The notes beneath the pieces were generated by a model, which did not search any database, had not been told where the DNA came from, and was given only the letters and a program-made list of their open reading frames with translations. Of a stretch of 31,944 nucleotides of DNA, positions 1-6,859 are shown piece by piece. The first letter of the stretch is position 1, and each line of letters starts with the position of its first letter. The DNA is taken from the IMG/VR virus record IMGVR_UViG_3300030376_003962. One strand, 5' to 3'. Both the position numbers and the translations under genes were made by a program. Origin of the DNA: an uncultured virus (IMG/VR IMGVR_UViG_3300030376_003962). Taxonomy: Duplodnaviria; Heunggongvirae; Uroviricota; Caudoviricetes.

Positions 1-1200
1 AACGTTCTCTACGGACAGAAAGTTTGGTCGATGCTTAACCAAGAGGTTAACCCTCTTGCTATGCTAGCAAAGAGGCCATACACATCCAGTGGATGGCGAG
101 TCCTGAAGAACAGAGCGCAAGGTGGCTCAGGTTCTGCATTTTCCGTTGACCCGAATGGTTCAGGTGTTGAAGGTGCAGACTCAGTAAGAGCAGACAAGAT
201 TGGTGGTGTTGGTGAGAACGCAACTCTAGGAACTGGAAACGATATCCCACCAATTGCACCTCAGTATGAGAAACTATACGTCAGTCCAAAGACTGTGGCT
301 CATCTATTCGAGTTCTCTGAACTTGGTATGGAACTTGCTGCAATCGATGACGGTGTTGGTGACATTCGTGCAATCGTTCGTGAGGACATGGGTAAACTAC
401 ACGCTGAAGTACAGAGCAAGATGCTAGTCATGCCTCTTGAGTTGTATGATGGTGCAAACCTAACGGACATCGAGAGAAACTACACATCTCTCATGAAGAT
501 TGTTTCGTCTGCTGCCGAGATTGCTGCTATGTACAACGCAAACCTATTGACCACTGGTGCTAACAACGGAGACAACTCCGCTGTAATCGGTGAGGTTGTA
601 AGGCTATTCGGAACTTCCCGAACTGTTGGCGTATCAAGCAACGCTGCAACTGGAACTGCTTCCTTCTTGGATGCAGAGGTTGACTTCGGTGCAGGATATG
701 CTGCTGGCGATGCTAGGGTTCTAACCCTGACCATGCTTAACGACATGATTAGGAGAATCAGGCAGAACGGCGGAAACCCGAAGGTCATGTTGACTGGCTA
801 CGACACAGTTCAGCACCTCGCTGACCTTCTACAGAGCCAAGAGAGATTCATGGACAGGAAGGAAATCGTGCCTAGCCACAACGGAGTTCGTGGTGTCAAG
901 GGTGCAGAGGTTGGATTCAGAGTTGCAACATACTACGACATCCCAATCATCCCAACCAAGGACATGCCATCTACTGGTGGTAACACAACCAATGAACTGA
1001 GTGACATACTTCTGCTAGACACAGACCATCTGTGGCTATCGGTGATGAAGCCTACTCAATACTTCGAGGATGGTATCACTAGCGGAAACCCATTCGGTGT
1101 TGGCAAACTTGGAAACCAAGGAATGTACCGAACTATGGCTGAGACCGGATGTTCGTTCTTCAAGGGACAAGGAAAGATAACCAACATCAAGAGTGCTTGA
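1..1200 (+). CDS. Major capsid protein (HK97-like fold, archaeal tailed-virus type), 5'-truncated
   Basis: Frame is open from base 1 (NVLYGQKVWSMLNQEVNPLAMLAKRPYTSSGWRV), so the true start is upstream of the window. This N-terminal pattern, plus 'MLNDMIRRIRQNGGNPKVMLTG', 'YYDIPIIPTKDMP' and the C-terminal 'QGKITNIK', resembles haloarchaeal/marine archaeal tailed-virus MCPs. It heads a head-neck-tail gene series. Confidence 0.9.
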   Translation, partial: NVLYGQKVWSMLNQEVNPLAMLAKRPYTSSGWRVLKNRAQGGSGSAFSVDPNGSGVEGADSVRADKIGGVGENATLGTGNDIPPIAPQYEKLYVSPKTVAHLFEFSELGMELAAIDDGVGDIRAIVREDMGKLHAEVQSKMLVMPLELYDGANLTDIERNYTSLMKIVSSAAEIAAMYNANLLTTGANNGDNSAVIGEVVRLFGTSRTVGVSSNAATGTASFLDAEVDFGAGYAAGDARVLTLTMLNDMIRRIRQNGGNPKVMLTGYDTVQHLADLLQSQERFMDRKEIVPSHNGVRGVKGAEVGFRVATYYDIPIIPTKDMPSTGGNTTNELSDILLLDTDHLWLSVMKPTQYFEDGITSGNPFGVGKLGNQGMYRTMAETGCSFFKGQGKITNIKSA

Positions 1201-1206
1201 GGTGAT
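1199..1206 (+). promoter_or_regulatory. Archaeal-type Shine-Dalgarno GAGGTGAT (also at 2415-2422 and 3123-3130; AGGTGA at 1628-1633 and 13635-13640)
   Basis: The motif is complementary to the 16S rRNA 3' sequence AUCACCUC and recurs a few nt upstream of start codons (TTG 1212, ATG 1638, ATG 2427, GTG 3134/ATG 3143, ATG 13645). Confidence 0.8.
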
Positions 1207-1211
1207 TAGAG

Positions 1212-1547
1212 TTGACACACGCGGTTACTCTAGTTGCTGACCATAAGGGCATAACTGCCCCAAAGGTCGTCGGTGACGAGTATGTGGTTGATGCAATAAT
1301 CAACATCACTGCATACGTTCAGGGTGGAATAACCCTGACTGCTGCTTCATTGGGTCTATCTTCACTACACTGTGTTCTAGTAACAGGTGTAGAAGAGATT
1401 GGACACAGTGCTAGAGCCGTCATCAGTACAGCAGGTGCATACGAGTCAGGAACAAGTGCCAAACTTATCCTGTCAAATGGCAGCGGGCAACAATCAGGTA
1501 CAGCAGATGAAGGCATGGTAAGAGTCCGTGTCTATGGTAATCTCTGA
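1212..1547 (+). CDS. Probable capsid decoration/stabilising protein (111 aa, TTG start)
   Basis: Lies directly after the MCP with a strong SD. Small and beta-rich ('YVQGGITLTAASLGLSSLHCVLV', 'VRVRVYG'), and followed by a strong hairpin that closes the MCP unit. Function is inferred from position. Confidence 0.6.
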   Translation: MTHAVTLVADHKGITAPKVVGDEYVVDAIINITAYVQGGITLTAASLGLSSLHCVLVTGVEEIGHSARAVISTAGAYESGTSAKLILSNGSGQQSGTADEGMVRVRVYGNL

Positions 1548-1575
1548 AACAACAATGATTAAGTGATAACGTAAA

Positions 1576-1615
1576 GTAGTGGCCTCTGCCCCTAATACGG
1601 GGCAGGGGTTACTAC
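1576..1615 (+). terminator. 17-bp RNA stem-loop after the capsid genes (terminator or mRNA stabiliser)
   Basis: GTAGTGGCCTCTGCCCC-taatac-GGGGCAGGGGTTACTAC: 14 Watson-Crick pairs plus 3 G.U pairs. There is no downstream U tract. Confidence 0.65.
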
Positions 1616-1637
1616 CACAATAAAAAAGGTGAATAAA

Positions 1638-2120
1638 ATGGCAAAAGTAAAGTTAGTTAGACACAGACCAACTGGCCCTCTTCTATTGAGAAGGGGCGGT
1701 GGCACATACGCATTAACAGCGCAAGAGGAAACTGTTGTTCCACTAGGAATCGCAGTTACTATGTTAGGGGATAAAGGTCTCCTAATTGAATTAGACATAT
1801 CAGATGCAGCAGACGTTCTAAAATTGAACGACTACCTACTCAACATACTCAAGAGAGAGTTCAACGTTGAGGGAGATGCAAAGGCAGTCAAGGCTGCTTT
1901 GTTTCCTTCAGCAAAGAAGTCATTCATTCCTAACATAATCAAAGATACTCCTGTAGAGGAAGAACCAGTGATAGAGGAAGCACCTGAAGAGGTAGCAGTG
2001 GAAACTATTGACTACTCAAAATACACAGTGAAGAAACTCAAGGAGATGCTTGAGGAAAAGGGACTATCAACTGACGGAAAGAAAGCAGACTTGGTAGAGA
2101 GGATGTCGGGGGCTGAATAA
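1638..2120 (+). CDS. SAP (HeH) domain protein, 160 aa
   Basis: Start moved to ATG 1638 (SD AGGTGA at 1628). The C-terminal 'YSKYTVKKLKEMLEEKGLSTDGKKADLVERM' matches the SAP consensus and follows an acidic E/P linker. Confidence 0.8.
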   Translation: MAKVKLVRHRPTGPLLLRRGGGTYALTAQEETVVPLGIAVTMLGDKGLLIELDISDAADVLKLNDYLLNILKREFNVEGDAKAVKAALFPSAKKSFIPNIIKDTPVEEEPVIEEAPEEVAVETIDYSKYTVKKLKEMLEEKGLSTDGKKADLVERMSGAE

Positions 2121-2416
2121 TGTCATCCCCAACATGCAACTCCACAGGCGTACTTTCTACTAGCACAGTAGCAATAAAGCACCATGCTAAGATAATGAGC
2201 GTTCATGTCACTTCAACGGCAAACGCTCTGATGACTGTCAAGATATGGGACAGCGACAATTCAACCACATCAGGCAAGAAAGAGGTTGCCCGAATAGTTC
2301 TACACGCCGGAGGAACCGCTCAGACCATCGAGCAAGACCTACACGGTGTTCTTGTAGCGAATGGAATATACGTTCAGATTACAGGAACTGGAACCTGTTC
2401 GGTCAACTTTGCTTGA
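2120..2416 (+). CDS. Small beta-rich protein, probably virion-associated (98 aa)
   Basis: TAATG stop/start coupling to the previous gene. Alternating beta pattern with C-terminal 'GVLVANGIYVQITG', a pattern seen in small phage structural proteins. Confidence 0.6.
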   Translation: MSSPTCNSTGVLSTSTVAIKHHAKIMSVHVTSTANALMTVKIWDSDNSTTSGKKEVARIVLHAGGTAQTIEQDLHGVLVANGIYVQITGTGTCSVNFA

Positions 2417-2426
2417 GGTGATTCAT

Positions 2427-2852
2427 ATGCCAAGCATAGATACAGATACAAAACTCATAATGACCATCTTGTTCGTTGGAGCAGTAAGTGGTGTCAACGT
2501 TTACTTCTACGCTTCAGTAGCAGACATGCTATTATTCGGCACGTACATTCATGCCGTTCTATTTGGTGTTTTGACTGTCGGTGGAATAATGATAATGAAA
2601 GCATTATTCGACTTGATGTTGAATGACTACATCGAGGACTTCCTACTACAGCGTCAAATAAACAACTATTGGGACAGAAAGGCAAGAGAGGAAGACAACA
2701 GGAAGAGGGTCAGGGAGTCACTAAGAAACTTCCAGCAGCAGTTTGGTATAACCAACGCACCTTATGGTGACAGTGTTATGCCTAACTTGCCTATACAGAA
2801 CAAAGAACCCACTACTGTTAGTCCTACGTTCTTAACTGGATTCCAAGAGTGA
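2427..2852 (+). CDS. Membrane protein with two TM helices and a charged coiled C-terminal region (141 aa)
   Basis: SD GAGGTGAT at 2415 then ATG 2427. Hydrophobic segments LIMTILFVGAVSGVNVYFYASV and LLFGTYIHAVLFGVLTVGGIMIMKALF, followed by 'WDRKAREEDNRKRVRESLRNFQQ'. Confidence 0.75.
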   Translation: MPSIDTDTKLIMTILFVGAVSGVNVYFYASVADMLLFGTYIHAVLFGVLTVGGIMIMKALFDLMLNDYIEDFLLQRQINNYWDRKAREEDNRKRVRESLRNFQQQFGITNAPYGDSVMPNLPIQNKEPTTVSPTFLTGFQE

Positions 2853-2857
2853 TTTGA

Positions 2858-3079
2858 ATGGTAAGCGAAATCCTATTCGGGATGGATGAGACCACACTCG
2901 CATATGACTTACAAAGAGCGCACTCTGCTGACGTTTGGTTTCTAAGAGCGAGATTTTGGCTTTGGGGAACAATATCGTCCGTTGCTTGTTTCTTTCTAGG
3001 ACATGCAGTAGCAGTGTTCGGTGTGAATCTATTTTCAGGTGGATGGCATCTTCTTAGTTCCCTTTGGGGCGGTCATTGA
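2858..3079 (+). CDS. Small membrane protein (73 aa)
   Basis: Hydrophobic segment FWLWGTISSVACFFLGHAVAVFGVNLF followed by the amphipathic Trp-rich tail GGWHLLSSLWGGH. Starts 5 nt after the previous stop. Confidence 0.7.
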   Translation: MVSEILFGMDETTLAYDLQRAHSADVWFLRARFWLWGTISSVACFFLGHAVAVFGVNLFSGGWHLLSSLWGGH

Positions 3080-3133
3080 CTTCTCAACCATTTTAATGCT
3101 CTTCTACATCCGACTCACTGACGAGGTGATAGT

Positions 3134-3805
3134 GTGTCGGTGATGGCGGGTTTTGCAATACTCATTGTAGAAGCCATGAACAAACTGTATAATCGTCTTC
3201 ATTCTATCAATTTCGGTATCTATGGTGCAAGTAAAGCAGGTAAGACGACATTGCATCGACAGTTGATGACTAGAGGGGAGGTTCCCGATATTCAGAAAAG
3301 AACTGTTGGCAGACACAGGGCTACTCGTAAATTCGTTAAATTAGATGGAGATGCACATACCGTAAAGACTGCTGACATAGGAGGTCAGACGGTTTACTGG
3401 GAAGAATGGGTTAGAGACATGAGAGGAAGACATGTGAAGTATATCGTATTCCTCTTTGATGACAGACACTTAGACAAACACTATGACATCGAGCAACAGT
3501 TATCTTGGACTTTTCTCGTTGATACCATCTGCAATCAATATTGGACTATCGGTGGCAGGAAGAAAAAGAAGCAAGAACATGATTACCCGTTGGCTGTCGG
3601 TCTTTGGGCTAACAAGTATGACTTATGGAAAGACAAGTATCCACACGATGGTAAAATTGAGAATCACCCGATATTTGAGTCATTCAAGCCCGGTCTTCAG
3701 AAACTGAATGAAACTGGAATACCTTGTCACAAATACATTGTCAGTGCCAAGTCAGATTCTGAGATGGTGTATCGGGGAATCTTAACAATGATAAAAGACT
3801 ATTAG
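3134..3805 (+). CDS. Small GTPase of the Ras-like superfamily, Arf/Sar-like
   Basis: All five G motifs in order: G1 GASKAGKTT (3224), G2 RTVG, G3 DIGGQ (3374), G4 ANKYD (NKYD at 3611), G5 SAK (3743). It has an N-terminal hydrophobic/amphipathic helix and an SD at 3123. The start is GTG 3134 or ATG 3143. Confidence 0.9.
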   Translation: MSVMAGFAILIVEAMNKLYNRLHSINFGIYGASKAGKTTLHRQLMTRGEVPDIQKRTVGRHRATRKFVKLDGDAHTVKTADIGGQTVYWEEWVRDMRGRHVKYIVFLFDDRHLDKHYDIEQQLSWTFLVDTICNQYWTIGGRKKKKQEHDYPLAVGLWANKYDLWKDKYPHDGKIENHPIFESFKPGLQKLNETGIPCHKYIVSAKSDSEMVYRGILTMIKDY

Positions 3806-3869
3806 TACGTCATGGTGGACAGGCTTGACTGTCAGCACAGGCTGACTGATAGAAAAAGGAGTCGGAAAA

Positions 3870-4556
3870 ATGACAATGCAACAATTTAATCCCCCAAGTT
3901 TGATTGGTGCTACGAATGCCACAGTTAACACAAATAGTGTCAATCCTTTCATGGATAGACTAACTACTGCAAGAGCCGCAGGGCCGATTATGGCATACGA
4001 GTTCAAATCATTAAAACCAAAAAAGCAACTGAAAGAAATAGTGAAGGTATTGAAACCTGAGAAGAAAACATTTCTCAAGATACCGTATAGTTTCAAGTAC
4101 AACTACAAAGACAGGTGTGTGATTTGCGGTACACAGAAATTTTGGACAGCAGATGATGCTAGAAGACCACCTCTTCCACTGCACAAGGTTCGCAAGGGAT
4201 ACCCAATGAGAGGTACTTACTGTGAGAAACATGCAGCAATTCACATGCAGTATGAGATGCTAGAGCAGCAGATACTGGCACAAGAACACGGACTTTCATT
4301 CAGCGCATACATTCCATCTGCTAAGAGCCTGAACCCAGTTAACTTAGTGAAATCAGGGCCAATAACAAGATTGAAGCAAGAAGACATCAACTCACTATCA
4401 TCTCTAGGATGGAAGATTACCCCTCCTACTAACGAAGCATCTTCTAAGGAAGAGCAATTGTATGCTATGATGATTGAGAATGCGGCCATGTCTGAGAGGA
4501 TAAAATCTTTATTGACCGAAGGCGTTAAGGTAACTACACAGGAAGGTGCTGAATGA
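3870..4556 (+). CDS. Zinc-finger protein (CxxC-x31-CxxH) with C-terminal helical region, 228 aa
   Basis: CVICG at 4116 and CEKH at 4221, with an AGGAG SD upstream of ATG 3870. Confidence 0.7.
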   Translation: MTMQQFNPPSLIGATNATVNTNSVNPFMDRLTTARAAGPIMAYEFKSLKPKKQLKEIVKVLKPEKKTFLKIPYSFKYNYKDRCVICGTQKFWTADDARRPPLPLHKVRKGYPMRGTYCEKHAAIHMQYEMLEQQILAQEHGLSFSAYIPSAKSLNPVNLVKSGPITRLKQEDINSLSSLGWKITPPTNEASSKEEQLYAMMIENAAMSERIKSLLTEGVKVTTQEGAE

Positions 4557-5242
4557 TGGGAGTCTTCGGAACAAGCAATACTGCTCTTGCCTCGCAAATG
4601 AATCAGATGGGACAGCAGAATTTCAAGTCTGTTAACAACCTACTCACACTACAGGAAAATCATGTGGAAGAGTTCTTTCAATATCATGGAGAGCCATTCC
4701 TGTCTGCGTTTGAGAAGATGATGGAAGATGTCATGACTAGAGTTGTCAGTCAGATGCTCGTTAAGATGAAGTTCGTTTCCAACACTCAAGGTGACTTGGA
4801 GATACATCCTGATTCCCTCAGTGAATTCACATCAATCACTCAAGAGAATATCGACTTGGATATTGTAAACCTGCTAGCAACTGCGGTCAACTCGGAAGTA
4901 ATAATGCAGCGAAGAATGGCGAAGCAGCAGTATCTAGAATCACAAGGATTCGCATCACCTTCTGCTGATGCTATGCAAGGTATGGGGTCGCCGCAAATGA
5001 ATCCTGCCAACATACAAGGAGGCAACATGGGTATGGGTATGAACAACGCAATGATGCAACAACAAATGGCAATGAACAATGGCACTGGATATCCTGTTCC
5101 ACCTGCTGGCTATGACATGAACAATAACCCATATTGGATTGACCCCGCTACTGGACAGCCCTCTTACACTCCACCTCAAAGTGGTCTTGGTTTAGGAGCG
5201 GCCATTACAAAGGGCGTTGCATGGGCAAAGTGGTTAGCATAG
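4553..5242 (+). CDS. Hypothetical protein: helical core, Q/M/N/G-rich low-complexity region, WW-like motif and amphipathic C-terminus (229 aa)
   Basis: ATGA overlap with the previous gene. Contains 'GNMGMGMNNAMMQQQMAMNNG', 'PYWIDPATGQPSYTPP' and C-terminal 'AAITKGVAWAKWLA'. Confidence 0.7.
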   Translation: MMGVFGTSNTALASQMNQMGQQNFKSVNNLLTLQENHVEEFFQYHGEPFLSAFEKMMEDVMTRVVSQMLVKMKFVSNTQGDLEIHPDSLSEFTSITQENIDLDIVNLLATAVNSEVIMQRRMAKQQYLESQGFASPSADAMQGMGSPQMNPANIQGGNMGMGMNNAMMQQQMAMNNGTGYPVPPAGYDMNNNPYWIDPATGQPSYTPPQSGLGLGAAITKGVAWAKWLA

Positions 5243-5256
5243 GTGGAGTTTGATGT

Positions 5257-6855
5257 ATGACAGTGGTAAAGGAAGAACCTGAAGAGGTTGTAGAGGAAAC
5301 TACTGTAAAACCTACCATAACCATCAACAATCAGAACGCTAGAGGAATCAAAACTACCTTCGTTCTGACTGATGAGGATGTAAATACTGCTGACTTCGGA
5401 AAATCAACAGACGCTTCAAGGCTATTGACAGCGTTTGTCTTGAAGATGCTGGCTCAAGTAGAGAAACTAGGATTCAAGGAGGATGTCGGCAATCTAGGCA
5501 GAAGACAGGTGAATAACATCTTTGCTAAAATCAGAAAACTAGACAGGTCTGATTTCTCCACGGATGAAGAATACAAGACGTATGAAGAATACATGGAAAA
5601 ATTAGTCAAGAAGGCTATGGATGCACCAGTTCTAGAAACTATGAAATCACTAAAAGCACACTTCTCAAAAACCGCACCTGCGGTACGGGTATTCGGTGAG
5701 AAAAGAAAAGGCTCTGCTCACCAACTAATATCTGAAAGGAATACCACGTTCGGTGAACTATCCAACCCAGTATCCCTCGGTCAGACATATGAGGGCATAT
5801 CAGTTCAGGGAGAAGATGGAGAGTTAGAGATAAAGGGTTCAAGACTTATGCAACAAGTCGATGAAGGAAAGTCACTATATGACTCACAGAAATTTAATCA
5901 AATCAAACCCGGCGAAAAAAGTAGCGATAGTCGTGCCATTGTGTATGATGCGGAGAAATATATACGGACGTTGTTTACGACTGCTGGATATGATATCAGT
6001 GACGGCCTAACTGACAAAGATATCAAGGATGCAGATAAGACAGGAGACTCTGCTCATCTAGTGGTAAACACCGATACGGCAGAGAAAGGACAAATCATGG
6101 AAATTTCATCAAGGACTAGTAGGTATCCCGGCGCAAAGGGTAGCGCATTGAGAGGAAAAAGGATACCAGTTGGCAGTGGAGGAACACAACAGGCAAAATT
6201 ATTCGATGGGGAATATTATCTTGATGTACTCCTAGACAGTCGCGCTTTGACGAAGAAAGGCAGGAACCGAATCAAGAAAATAAGGATAATGAAAGACAAT
6301 GAAGTTCTAGGTGAGTATGAAAGTTATAGCGAAAAAGAGCCTGACCCATATAAGGTGAAGAGAGAGGATATTATCGGTGTTGAGAATCTGTCAGCGGAAT
6401 GTAAGGCTAAGGCGAGAGAGATAATGAGAGACTTTGATGAAAAGAAAATGGGAGAATACCTTCTTGCGGAGTCATCTCTCATGAAGCCTAAAAAAACTAG
6501 AGACAAGGGTAAAGAGCAAAGGGGAGCAAGCAAGAGAGTGGGAGATGACGTAATGAATGTGCCTACACAAGCAGAACTGACCATGAATTACCGTGATTTA
6601 GATTTAGGAAAAATGACTCTTCAAATAACCATAAACACTGATAACATTGAGAAATTGTTTGAAAAGATAGAAACGAAAGACACATCAGATATTCCTCTTT
6701 TCACAACATCGATAAAAGTAGACAAGACGGGTGAGTTGGAACTTTCAGGAGAAGGTGCATTCGTCAGTGTAGGCAAGACATATGTTAAGAGCATGAGGGA
6801 AGCAGTGCGAGGCGTTAAGACGTTCATAAATGGAACAAAGAAATTCAGGAGTTGA
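5257..6855 (+). CDS. Hypothetical charged (K/E/D-rich) protein, 532 aa
   Basis: Long ORF with AGGTGGAG SD-like sequence upstream, tightly packed between neighbours. No recognisable motif. Confidence 0.7.
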   Translation: MTVVKEEPEEVVEETTVKPTITINNQNARGIKTTFVLTDEDVNTADFGKSTDASRLLTAFVLKMLAQVEKLGFKEDVGNLGRRQVNNIFAKIRKLDRSDFSTDEEYKTYEEYMEKLVKKAMDAPVLETMKSLKAHFSKTAPAVRVFGEKRKGSAHQLISERNTTFGELSNPVSLGQTYEGISVQGEDGELEIKGSRLMQQVDEGKSLYDSQKFNQIKPGEKSSDSRAIVYDAEKYIRTLFTTAGYDISDGLTDKDIKDADKTGDSAHLVVNTDTAEKGQIMEISSRTSRYPGAKGSALRGKRIPVGSGGTQQAKLFDGEYYLDVLLDSRALTKKGRNRIKKIRIMKDNEVLGEYESYSEKEPDPYKVKREDIIGVENLSAECKAKAREIMRDFDEKKMGEYLLAESSLMKPKKTRDKGKEQRGASKRVGDDVMNVPTQAELTMNYRDLDLGKMTLQITINTDNIEKLFEKIETKDTSDIPLFTTSIKVDKTGELELSGEGAFVSVGKTYVKSMREAVRGVKTFINGTKKFRS

Positions 6856-6859
6856 TTAA

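Noticed and set aside
2361..2426. Upstream extension of the membrane protein ORF given in the track (likewise starts at 1629, 10306, 10887, 14697)
   Set aside because: The extension overlaps the previous gene, and the SD position supports ATG 2427. The other starts were moved to nearby ATGs on similar grounds.
3224..3250. P-loop read as a packaging ATPase/terminase or kinase
   Set aside because: DxxGQ, NKxD and SAK at the correct spacing identify a TRAFAC small GTPase, and there is no ASCE Walker B or nuclease domain.
3556..3572. RKKKK as a nuclear localisation signal suggesting a eukaryotic virus
   Set aside because: SD sites, coupled operon structure and the head-tail gene set indicate a prokaryotic host. 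The patch is better read as a basic surface loop.
5090..5113. YPVPPAGY as an ESCRT-recruiting PPxY/YPxL late domain
   Set aside because: It does not match either consensus exactly.
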